Shown: positions 1 through 9,074 of the stretch, one piece after another
Layout: each line of letters begins with the position of its first letter
How positions within the stretch are numbered: the stretch's first letter is position 1
Assembly: GCA_051546255.1 (NCBI GenBank)
Contig: CP128820.1
Location: 806,001 to 870,000 of the forward strand
Reading direction: 5' to 3'
DNA: 64,000 nt
Source of the DNA: Meyerozyma guilliermondii
Taxonomy: Eukaryota
The notes under the pieces: model-generated
Database searches by the model: none
Seen by the model: only the letters and a program-made list of their open reading frames with translations
What the model was told of the DNA's origin: nothing
Made by a program: the position numbers and the translations under genes

Positions 1-1148
1 TGATCCACAACCTCGCTGTGGTTTTACAAAGGTACGTGAAACATGATAGACAGCTATTGGTTCGAGTGGTCGATACAACGGTGGAGAACATAATCCGAGG
101 ATTAGAAATTGACGACTACAAGATCAAAAGAGACAGACTATGCGATGTTCTGTACTTGGGAGAGCTATGGAATTGTGGTCTCGTCACCTCCAAGTTGGTG
201 GTAACAATATTGTTCACCATTATAACGTTTGGACATCCAAACAACCAGCCACTTCCAAGTATAACCTCGGGCTTTGACGATTCTCTGAACTACTTTCGCT
301 TGCACCTATGTGTGGCATTGATGAAGCGCATAGCAAGTACTTTTGTCTTTCCGAAGAAATACTTTGCACTTCTTGAGTACTATTGTCACTGCAAAGACCG
401 CCCGTTACCTCTTGAATTGGAACAAAATCTTGAACAATTGTATACGGCGCAAAACATAAACAGGTGCAACTCTCTTGCTGAGTCTATGGCTCAATTGAAG
501 CTTGTCATTGAGGAGGAAAGAAAACCTCAAAGCAACAATACGAGCACTGAATCCAACTCTGAAACTTTGAAAGAAAGCAGAGAAACCATTCTCGAGGAAG
601 ATGAAGACCTGGAACTTCTGGCTGGTATACTCTCTGAAGATGAGGATACGGATGACGACGAAGAAGAGGATGAAGTTGAAGATGATGATGATGAAGAAGA
701 AGAAGACGAAGACGAAGACCTCGAGGCTGAACTTGAATCTAACGGTGAAGAAGACGAAGACAACGAGGTTGAAGAACTGAGTGAAGACGAGCTCACCGAT
801 TCTTCTGAAGAAAGCCACAGTGAATCTTCGTCAGACGACGATAACTTCGAGAACGATTTGGTGGCCGCTGAGCTCGATAAAGAGTATCTGCGTATTGTGG
901 TCGATGCGTATAACAAGACTAAGGCCAATAGCAATCGGTCAATCAAGCTCAATGTTCCCATACCAAGAACTAATGTACCCCCTGGTGGGCCCTCACGAGC
1001 GGTTGGCTTAATCACAAGAAGAGGAAAGAATGTTGATGTTCGTGCTATCAACATTACTGATAATCGGGGAGTTGACCTATCGAAGAAAGAAGACGAGGCA
1101 AAACGACACCGCGAGAAAATCATGAATTTGGTCCTGAATATGGAATAA
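1..1148 (+). CDS. NMD2: Nonsense-mediated decay factor Upf2/Nmd2, 3' part (gene starts before the window)
   Basis: Frame is open from the window start. It has a MIF4G-like segment (YLGELWNC...TILFTIITFGHPNN), a long D/E tract and a C-terminal LITRRGK Upf1-binding-like region. It is adjacent to PTC7, as in S. cerevisiae (YHR077C/YHR076W). Confidence 0.85.
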   Translation, partial: IHNLAVVLQRYVKHDRQLLVRVVDTTVENIIRGLEIDDYKIKRDRLCDVLYLGELWNCGLVTSKLVVTILFTIITFGHPNNQPLPSITSGFDDSLNYFRLHLCVALMKRIASTFVFPKKYFALLEYYCHCKDRPLPLELEQNLEQLYTAQNINRCNSLAESMAQLKLVIEEERKPQSNNTSTESNSETLKESRETILEEDEDLELLAGILSEDEDTDDDEEEDEVEDDDDEEEEDEDEDLEAELESNGEEDEDNEVEELSEDELTDSSEESHSESSSDDDNFENDLVAAELDKEYLRIVVDAYNKTKANSNRSIKLNVPIPRTNVPPGGPSRAVGLITRRGKNVDVRAINITDNRGVDLSKKEDEAKRHREKIMNLVLNME

Positions 1149-1206
1149 AATGCTACGGCACTCATCTAATTTTTTATTCCTCGCTATCCCATATCCTCTC
1201 ACGTAT

Positions 1207-2355
1207 TCATGATACTCGTGCTACAACAACTGTGATGTCATCTTCCTTACCTCCAAGGTACTTTTGGCCGGTTAATCGGGACAATTCTTGAGCAAAAGCA
1301 CTAGGAAAGTTAGCATCCTTTGACACTTTCACAACCTCCTCAACGAATCTCGTTGTAGCCTTCCCTATTTGCTCTGGCGTCAGATCAGGTGCAACGTAGT
1401 CTTGTAAATATGTTTCAATATCCTGTGGTACCACATTATCTGTAACTCCGTCCGTTGCAAACATCACTATATCCCCCTTTTGTAGTTGCCAAGAATACTC
1501 ATCAGCCATATCTGGCGTGTCTATGATATAGCGTCGTCCTTCCAATTCCGCTTTGCGGACGATTTGGCGAGGAATTTTCGCAAGCTGAAAAGGTGTGTTG
1601 AAATTGTGTGTTTGAAACGTCGTTTCGTGGACGATTTTCTGATCGCGGAACACTCCACACCATGAATCTCCCAAATTAGCAACCTTAAGTTGACGGTCTG
1701 GCGATAGAATTCCAAGGCATGCCGTGGTTCCTCCTATTTCAACTTTGGGCGATGATGTAACCTGCTCAAAAGCAGCTTTGAGAAGTTCCCTTGGCGTCAA
1801 ATTCACCAAATCAGAAGCTGTGGCCAGTTCAAAGTCCTGACGAATGAACAGACAGAGTTCTCTGGAAATAGCAGACGAATCGTATCCAGCTTCGGCCCAA
1901 CCGCCAACACCATCGGCCACTCCTAACGCAACGTATCCGCCCTCACGTTCCCTACTCACAAACAAGTTGTCTTCTCCGCTTGGCAGCTGGCTTGCTGGGA
2001 TGGATTTGCGTTGTTTTCGTGCAAATTTGTTTGTATCTTCTCTCGTTTTGGGCTGAAATGCCACCGCAATATCATAGTGAGAATAGTGGCTCACCGCATT
2101 ATCATAGTTGTGACATGCTGTGGCAGTGCTGTGGCCTGATAATGGTCCCAGCGGTGGAACTGGACCTTTCAGAGCCTTCGATGATCCAGACGAAGATGAC
2201 GAGAATGAAAAAGAGCGTCTAGGTACAGTACGCCCCAGTCGGAAAGCCGAATTTAAGTGGCTCCCGCGAGGCCACGCTCCTCGTTTTGCTAAAAGAGAAA
2301 CAGACATGGCTATTAAAGTAATGAATGCACACAACCAAAAGCGCTTGTAGTGCAT
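1207..2355 (-). CDS. PTC7: PP2C-family protein phosphatase Ptc7; candidate starts at ATG 2355 and ATG 2307
   Basis: Motifs GEDN, GVADGVGGW, GGTTAC, ANLGDSW, QTHNFNTPFQL, ATDGVTDN and GGKEDDITVVV. Confidence 0.93.
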   Translation of the reverse strand: MHYKRFWLCAFITLIAMSVSLLAKRGAWPRGSHLNSAFRLGRTVPRRSFSFSSSSSGSSKALKGPVPPLGPLSGHSTATACHNYDNAVSHYSHYDIAVAFQPKTREDTNKFARKQRKSIPASQLPSGEDNLFVSREREGGYVALGVADGVGGWAEAGYDSSAISRELCLFIRQDFELATASDLVNLTPRELLKAAFEQVTSSPKVEIGGTTACLGILSPDRQLKVANLGDSWCGVFRDQKIVHETTFQTHNFNTPFQLAKIPRQIVRKAELEGRRYIIDTPDMADEYSWQLQKGDIVMFATDGVTDNVVPQDIETYLQDYVAPDLTPEQIGKATTRFVEEVVKVSKDANFPSAFAQELSRLTGQKYLGGKEDDITVVVARVS

Positions 2356-2504
2356 GGCATCACACTGGTCGGCGCGAGTACCGATGGGGCAGACTGGTGC
2401 ATTGGATGTTTTTTGTGTGTTGCCGGTGTACTGGCTGTGGTGCAGGATGCCGTTTCGCACCGTTCGGCCAATGGGACGAAAAATTCATCGAGAACACTAC
2501 AACC

Positions 2505-2780
2505 ATGTCGACATTCAATGTTTTGAGATACTCCTTATTGGGCGCCGGTCTTGTGTACGGTGCTGTGCACAGATACAGCTTGGAGTCCGAGGTCAAGGAA
2601 CAACAGCGAATCAGCCAGTGGAACAAGGAGCTCAAATTGATCAAACAAGCCAAGGAAGAGTATGCCAGGACTCATGCTGTTGCTGAGAAACCCCAAGCAT
2701 CGGCCGGCTCCATCAACTGGGAAGACCCCAACTTGGACATTGGAAAAGCATTGGAATCTTTGGTGCAGAAATTGGATTAG
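2505..2780 (+). CDS. TIM11: Mitochondrial ATP synthase subunit e (91 aa)
   Basis: MSTFNVLRYSLLGAGLVYG N-terminal TM with GxxxG, then a coiled coil (KLIKQAKEEY). ATG is in a good context (aaccATG). Adjacent to PEP7, as in S. cerevisiae. Confidence 0.9.
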   Translation: MSTFNVLRYSLLGAGLVYGAVHRYSLESEVKEQQRISQWNKELKLIKQAKEEYARTHAVAEKPQASAGSINWEDPNLDIGKALESLVQKLD

Positions 2781-3222
2781 AGGCGTATTTATAGTGTTTG
2801 CAGCCACGGAGGTAAGAAATGGAACTGCAGCGGGCCGCACGAGCTGGAGAATATACATGCGGGAGAAGCGCATATCTAAGTACTGAATAAATGTACGTTT
2901 GGATTAAAGTAGGTTGTATGGGAGCTGAAATGGCAGCCACAAATGCACGCGCGCAAGTGTAGCTGCAGCGTCAAAAACGGCATTGGCTGCCATTTTTTTG
3001 CGTTGGTTTCTATTCTCTCGGCTATTTAAGAGCGCTTGGTTTTCTGCTCCTCGACTTCTCATTTTTTCCCCATTTTTCATCCCACAAACTCACTTTTCAT
3101 CCAATATCATCATTTATTCTTTACTATCTCCTGCATATTGTCACATCAAATCCTGCACTTGGTATCTCATATGCTACGTCTATTTTGCAGTCTGAACTGG
3201 AGAGAATTGAAACGACTCAAGA

Positions 3223-5184
3223 ATGTCCCAATCACAGGATTCATCGGACACGGGTCTCACAGCCGAAAACAGCAAGACCGACAAAGATTCTGAGCCGCCG
3301 CAATCGTCCCAAAGTGTCGAATTATCGAATCAAAAACCGAAAAGAACATCATCCGCAACGCTTCAGTGCCCCATATGTAACGAGGCAATGATAAGCATCC
3401 ATCAACTCAACCGCCATATCGATGACACCCACGTAGAATCTGCTGACACTCAAAAGGGCAGGGAAGATCCATCGTCTAAACTCACCACAAACGAAATTGT
3501 TGGCAACGATATCAAGTCGTGGATCAAGAAGAAATTACCGGCAGAACCAACTTCGCTATTTTCGCCCGGAAAGAGGAAAACCATAAACCTTGACCTTTTG
3601 GACGGTAATCGTGGTTTTGGCCTCAGTGATAGTCTCAATGATGCCTCGAAGAGCCCAAGATCAAAGGAGCAACTGCCCATGGAACTACTGCCTCTCAAAT
3701 CGGTTTCTCCCAGAAACTCTAGAACCAATGAAATCACCAGAAGCCACTGGAGACAACCCTCCATCAATGGAGCACTTTCGTGCTCGCACCCCAGCTGTAA
3801 ACGAACGTTAAACATCAAGAATGGCATAGTCAATTGCAGAAAATGTGGAAACTTGTTCTGTAACGAACACACGCACTGCAAAGTACGATTACGAAATCCT
3901 GAACCAGGAGAAGGAAAGCTACCTTTGTACGATTGTACCGCAAATGGAGTTTGGTGTCGTAGTTGTGAAACGTGCTACCTAAATAAGCCCGATTTCGTGG
4001 CTGGAGTCGAGGTTACCGTTAACGACGTGACAGTGCAATTTCAGCTGAAAAGAAGTGAGTTTATTGACACCAAGACTCTTCGCCGCATCAAAATCCAGAA
4101 ACGTTTCATCAAAAATGCCAATCTCATCACTGAACGCTTCGTTGCCAATTCCAGGGCATCTTTCTGGAATGGCTTTGCCCTTTCTGCTTTCAATTCTAAG
4201 AACGACCCTTTGATTGCACAACAAAAACAGCTCGTAGGAAGCGATAACTGGCAGGACGACTCCATAACTCATTGTGCGATTTGTTTTACCAACTTCAACT
4301 TTTTAATCAGAAAGCATCACTGTCGCCTTTGCGGAAGGTTGGTGTGCAACGACCCAGATGGGGAGCGAATGTATTGCTCAATTTTGTTACCCATTACCAG
4401 TTTTATTGAGAAATTGCCGACCCTTAACTATGCAAACCTTGTCAAGCAAAACTTACCCAAAATGCTTGAAGTTCTACCCGAATCTCAAGATCGGATCTCT
4501 TTACGTTGCTGTGTGGATTGTAAAAATGATCTTCTTCATTCGTGGAAAGTGAGCGACGAGCTCCGTCAAGAGAGTGATCGAGAAATATTCACCATCTACA
4601 ACGGAATTCTAGTTCTCAAGAATACAATTTCTACGTTGCTTCCTCGCTATAGAAAGCTTGTGGAAGAAATCAGTCAATCCGATGCTGATGCCGATCGTCT
4701 GGACTTGAATAAAGCTCGTCTTCGTCTAATGTCAGCTCTTAAAGATTTTGAAGGCGCATCAACAAGATTCAGGACCCAATTTCTAAAACTACAAGATGGA
4801 AAATTGTGCATCAAGAATGAATACAGCAACCACAAACAGCTAGTGCTCAACATGTACCAATCCACCATCATGTTTTTGCAAGATAACCTCGAGACCTTTA
4901 AAAGTCTCAACGCCAAAATCCAAGAGAACGAGAAAAAGACCATAGAAAAAATGGAAGCTGGAGTTCAGCAAACTGAACGCCCCCGTCTTACTAAGAGAGA
5001 AGTACGCGAGAAGCGTGAAAAGCTAATGGTCATGAAGGAGCAGGCATTCATCGTCGAGAATTTGATAGATAGTGCTACGAAGCAAAGAAAGTTTGACGAG
5101 ATTGACCTGTTGCTTGGCAACAAGAACGAACTAGCCAAGGAAATCGCGGTCTTGGAAGAAGAGTTGGGGGACGAAGGGTTCTAA
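3223..5184 (+). CDS. PEP7: Vacuolar segregation / Rab effector Pep7 (Vac1)
   Basis: C2H2 finger (CPICNE...LNRHIDDTH), an atypical FYVE, a canonical FYVE (WQDD...RKHHCRLCG) and a C-terminal coiled coil. Confidence 0.92.
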   Translation: MSQSQDSSDTGLTAENSKTDKDSEPPQSSQSVELSNQKPKRTSSATLQCPICNEAMISIHQLNRHIDDTHVESADTQKGREDPSSKLTTNEIVGNDIKSWIKKKLPAEPTSLFSPGKRKTINLDLLDGNRGFGLSDSLNDASKSPRSKEQLPMELLPLKSVSPRNSRTNEITRSHWRQPSINGALSCSHPSCKRTLNIKNGIVNCRKCGNLFCNEHTHCKVRLRNPEPGEGKLPLYDCTANGVWCRSCETCYLNKPDFVAGVEVTVNDVTVQFQLKRSEFIDTKTLRRIKIQKRFIKNANLITERFVANSRASFWNGFALSAFNSKNDPLIAQQKQLVGSDNWQDDSITHCAICFTNFNFLIRKHHCRLCGRLVCNDPDGERMYCSILLPITSFIEKLPTLNYANLVKQNLPKMLEVLPESQDRISLRCCVDCKNDLLHSWKVSDELRQESDREIFTIYNGILVLKNTISTLLPRYRKLVEEISQSDADADRLDLNKARLRLMSALKDFEGASTRFRTQFLKLQDGKLCIKNEYSNHKQLVLNMYQSTIMFLQDNLETFKSLNAKIQENEKKTIEKMEAGVQQTERPRLTKREVREKREKLMVMKEQAFIVENLIDSATKQRKFDEIDLLLGNKNELAKEIAVLEEELGDEGF

Positions 5185-5188
5185 AAGT

Positions 5189-5435
5189 CCCCCACGAAAT
5201 CAACGTGGGGGCACGGGACGGGAGTGGGGGATAGAAATCAAGAAAATTGGGACAATTTGAGTGAGAATTGTTGCACACACGCGCATTTTGTGAAGGGTGT
5301 TCCAATTTTTTGCACCATTTCCTGGTACTAGCGACGGTTTCGTCGTCCCCCCACGCCAATGCTGTTGTCCCCCACGTCTGTGCCCCCACTTTCGATGTCA
5401 ACCCCGCGATGCGCACCAAAAAAAAGTATGGGGCT
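5189..5435. promoter_or_regulatory. Cluster of GC-box (SYGGRG, Mig1-like) motifs upstream of the sugar-porter gene
   Basis: At least six CCCCAC/GTGGGG/CCCCGC motifs, including an inverted pair CCCCCACG-N7-CGTGGGGG at 5189-5211. A TATAAA box lies near 5514. Confidence 0.6.
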
Positions 5436-5559
5436 GACGCATAGATCCTTTTATCACTGGGGTTAATTACGAAATCATGCGTATATCTTTGCAGTGGATA
5501 CTAAGGTTGAGTTTATAAATTAGCCTGTTCCCCTGTTTGATTTTTTATCATCATTAACC

Positions 5560-7341
5560 ATGACTTCGCTGGTCGGAGACGAACAAAGCTCATCGACAAA
5601 ATCTCTTTCCAAAGGGTACACTGAATCATTAATGTCTATTGAAGGTTCCAAAAATGCACCTGTGTTGAAGCAGGTCAAAGATTTGTTGACAATGAAAAAG
5701 TTGTTTGAAAAAAGCGAAGACCGTCCAACTCCTGCTGCTGTCTACAATTTGAGAATATACGGAACCGCTTTGATAGCGTCAGCCGCCGCCATCATCATTG
5801 GATACGACGGGGGTTTCATTGGTGGTACTGTGGCATTACCTTCGTTCAAGCTGGAGTTTGGACTCGACAAGATGGATGTGAGCCACGCAAATAGCATAAT
5901 TTCCAACGTGATCTCTGTTTTTCACGCTGGATGCTTCTTTGGTGCTCTCTTTTCGTATCCATTTTCTTACTATTTGGGTAGAAGAGTGTCTCTTATTATA
6001 GCAGCCAGTCTCATTACGGTTGGCTCGGCCATAATGTTGGCAGCATCCTCCAAAAATGGACTTGGTCCCATCTACGCTGGCAGAGTGTTGGCTGGTATAG
6101 CCGTGGGATTCTCTACGAATTTGACGCCGGTCTATTTGAGTGAGATATCACCCCCAGCAATCAGAGGACGTATAATTGCTCTCTACGAAATTGGCTGGCG
6201 TGTTGGTGACTTGGTGGGATTCTGGATTAATTATGGAATTGATTCTCATATCGGCCCTTCCAAAAAGCAATGGCTCATTCCATTTGCAGTGCAAATGATC
6301 CCCTCGGGAATGTTCCTTCTCGGAAGTGTGGTCATGAGAGAATCTCCACGTTGGTTAATCAGTGTGGGAAAGTACGACAAGGCAATCGAGAATTTAACTT
6401 GGTTCAGAAATTTGCCAGAAGATGACGAATATGTCGTTTACGAAGTTAATCAGGTTAAAGAGTCGCTTGATTACCAACGAGCACATGTCGGACTTGGCAT
6501 ATGGGATCCTTTCAGACAAGTGTTCTTCAAAGACCGCAAGATTCTCTTCCGTTTGTGCATCACATGTTCCCTTTTCTTGTTCCAAAATTTCTTGGGTATC
6601 CAATCCATCAACTACTACTCGCCTATTATTTTTCAGAATTTAGGAGTCAAGGGCACGAACGCTAGTTTGTTTTCGACTGGTATGTTTGGAGTGGTTAAGT
6701 TCATTTGTACATTCATCTACATTTTGTTCATCGTTGATACCTTTGGAAGAAGAAAAGCATTCATGTGTTCATCTACCGTTTGCTCCATTTGTTTCTGGTA
6801 CATTGGTTCATATTTGAAGGTCAATGATCCAACAAAACCAGGCGTGGATGCTGGGCCAGGTGGTACCGCAGCCATTGTCATGATGTATATCTGGATTGCG
6901 TCGTTCATTCTAGCATGGTCTGGAGGACCTTTTGTCGTGGGTAGCGAGGTATTTGATCAAAACATTCGTTCATTTGTCCAAGCAATCAACGCTGCCATTT
7001 CGTGGGTTCCAATCTTCATCATGTCTCGGTTCACCACGAAAATGATCGAGAAAATGCATTACGGAATATACTTTTTCTTTGCCAGCTTGGCCATATTGTC
7101 AGTGCCATTCGTGTTCTTTTTTGTTCCTGAAACAAAAGGAATTGCTTTGGAGGATATGGACAAGTTATTTGATAGAAGACTTCCTGCTCACAGAGCTCAC
7201 AAGATTGTTCTTGGAAGAATTCGGGCAGAGGCAGAAAATCAACGTCGTGAGCACAAGGGCCTTTACAAGTTGGACACGAATAAAAGCAATCAAGTGGAGA
7301 ACATCGAAGATGCAAACGATCTATTTGTTAAGGATGCATAG
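5560..7341 (+). CDS. MFS sugar-porter family transporter, quinate-permease-like
   Basis: Twelve-TM pattern with GYDGG, GRR, SEISPPAIRG, ESPRWL, INYYSP and PETKG. The EDRPTPAAVYNLR N-terminal motif is typical of QutD-like permeases. Confidence 0.88.
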   Translation: MTSLVGDEQSSSTKSLSKGYTESLMSIEGSKNAPVLKQVKDLLTMKKLFEKSEDRPTPAAVYNLRIYGTALIASAAAIIIGYDGGFIGGTVALPSFKLEFGLDKMDVSHANSIISNVISVFHAGCFFGALFSYPFSYYLGRRVSLIIAASLITVGSAIMLAASSKNGLGPIYAGRVLAGIAVGFSTNLTPVYLSEISPPAIRGRIIALYEIGWRVGDLVGFWINYGIDSHIGPSKKQWLIPFAVQMIPSGMFLLGSVVMRESPRWLISVGKYDKAIENLTWFRNLPEDDEYVVYEVNQVKESLDYQRAHVGLGIWDPFRQVFFKDRKILFRLCITCSLFLFQNFLGIQSINYYSPIIFQNLGVKGTNASLFSTGMFGVVKFICTFIYILFIVDTFGRRKAFMCSSTVCSICFWYIGSYLKVNDPTKPGVDAGPGGTAAIVMMYIWIASFILAWSGGPFVVGSEVFDQNIRSFVQAINAAISWVPIFIMSRFTTKMIEKMHYGIYFFFASLAILSVPFVFFFVPETKGIALEDMDKLFDRRLPAHRAHKIVLGRIRAEAENQRREHKGLYKLDTNKSNQVENIEDANDLFVKDA

Positions 7342-7471
7342 TATGAGAAACGTAATAAACTGTACAATAAGATATGAAAGTAGTTTTTCAGTTACTCAGT
7401 ACTACTAGACTAGTGCGGAGAGCCAGTCACACGGGTCTTATGTCCAACTTTCGCTTATTTATGCGACATAA

Positions 7472-7776
7472 GCAATATCCCAAGTTCTGTGAATACCCTC
7501 ACATAGACTCAAGTTCAACTTGATGATAGCACGTGACTTCTATCGAGTCTGAATCGAGTCTGAATCGAGTCTGAATAGGGTCTGAACTGGTTCCCACTAT
7601 AATTTGGCAACTTGTCCGAGCAAATTTTGACATTTGTCGCAATATCCTAATTTCTGTGAATACACTCACATAGACTCAAGCTCAACTTGACGGTCGCACG
7701 TGCCTGTGCACCAAGATAGTGCGGTGAATGATTCAATCATGACTGGATCACTATATATTTTGGCAACTTGTCCGAG
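7472..7776 (+). repeat. Imperfect tandem duplication (units about 7472-7620 and 7639-7776), each ending in the first 15 nt of tRNA-Ser
   Basis: GCAATATCC..TTCTGTGAATAC.CTCACATAGACTCAAG.TCAACTTGA...GCACGTG occurs twice. Both units end CACTAT...TTTGGCAACTTGTCCGAG. Confidence 0.85.
7542..7585 (+). repeat. 11-bp minisatellite (ATCGAGTCTGA) x3 plus one degenerate copy
   Basis: Read directly from the sequence. Confidence 0.9.
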
Positions 7777-7843
7777 TGGTTAAGGAGAAAGACTTGAAAT
7801 CTTTTGGGCTATGCCCGCGCAGGTTCGAGTCCTGCAGTTGTCG
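7762..7843 (+). tRNA. tRNA-Ser(TGA)
   Basis: 82-nt cloverleaf GGCAACT...AGTTGTCG with anticodon arm AAAGA-CTTGAAA-TCTTT, a long variable arm, GTTCGAGTCC T-arm and a following T-run terminator. Confidence 0.96.
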
Positions 7844-7888
7844 TTTTTTTGAAATTTGAACACTATGCAGGAAATTTGCAGCTAAATT

Positions 7889-8941
7889 TTAACTAATTGC
7901 TAACTGAACCGCTTCGTGCGACATTCCCAAGCCACAGAGATATCCTTCTCCTCCAGCTCCATAGTTGTGAACTATAATTTGACCTCCATTTCTGGTTTCA
8001 GTTTCAATTCTTGCTCCACCTTGTCTTGTGGGTCTTATACCAGCAACCACTCTTATCACTGGAAGGCTCTCTAAAGTAGTACCGAGGGGGTTTTCTGTTA
8101 ACAATTTGGGAAAAAGGCGAGTTGTCCGCTCAAGGATGTTCTTTGACTCGTCGCCGTATGTATTTGGATCGGAATTTCCACCCTGGTAAAAGCCACCCAA
8201 GACTACCTCGTGCAAAGCTGAATCTGGGCGTTTTATTATGTATGTTGAAGTGTCTGTCCATAACAGAACACACTCATTGATGTGGGGAGCACTCACCACC
8301 ACAACTTGGCCTCTTGTAGGATAACATTTTTTGTCTGAAACTCCCTCTAAGGTCGCAGCACCATTGCCTGTGCAATTGAACACAGCCTTAGTTTCGGCAT
8401 CAAATGCTTCGTCTATGCTCTTCAATTTCTTACGGTGAGCCTGGACACCCAAACCCTTGAGGTAATTGAAGAGATTTTGAATAAGTAGTGGGGCATTGAA
8501 TACCCAAGCCTTGTAACTTACCCTCATGATTGCTCCAGGAACTTCCGATTTGGCTACTGTGAAGTCCTTCAAAAAGGCTGATAACTTTGCAATATACTCC
8601 TTATCGAGCTCCTCGGCAACATGTTCCGAAGAAGGAACCATCCCAAGCCCACAGCCAGTGCCCAATGCTTTCAAAAGTTTAGGAAGATTTTCATAAGTGT
8701 AGCTACTGTATTTCAAATTTGACTCTTCAATACAAGCAGAAAAGTACGCTCCAGCGTACGGCGAAGTATAATTTATAGAAAGGTCTCCTGGAAAATACTC
8801 AGCAATAATGGTGATACTTTTGGCGTCCACACCACTCTGTATGAGCTCAAAGGTGGTGTATAGACCAATGATCCCTGCCCTGGGTTAGTTTTGTAACTTT
8901 AAAAGAATAAAAAAATCCTACCCTACGACTGTATAGCTCAT
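7889..8941 (-). CDS. D-amino-acid oxidase family flavoprotein; two exons (8941-8922, 8879-7889), 336 aa
   Basis: Splicing restores the FAD-binding motif VVG|AGIIG. Also YTSPYAGA, NCTGNGA, PTRGQVV, GIRPTR and HNYGAGGEGY. Confidence 0.9.
8880..8921 (-). other. 42-nt spliceosomal intron in the DAO gene
   Basis: GTAGGA donor, ACTAAC branch point and CAG acceptor. The unspliced read hits TAG immediately. Confidence 0.85.
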
Positions 8942-9074
8942 TGTTGTATGTGCATTTCCGTATCCTTATCAACTATTCCTGTGGTGTATGGGCGTGTCAA
9001 AATGCAAGATCATGCAGCCTCGACAGGCACTGACATGAACTGACAGGCACCTATGGTTTGGCGTAAGAGCACAT

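Noticed and set aside
405..1165. Minus-strand poly-Ser and Phe-rich ORFs (137 and 212 aa)
   Set aside because: Antisense shadows of the D/E-codon tract in UPF2. The same applies to the shadows at 19094-19612 and 34203-34682.
7533..7704. CACGTG motifs as point-centromere CDEI elements
   Set aside because: No very AT-rich CDEII or CDEIII follows, and point centromeres are not expected in this clade.
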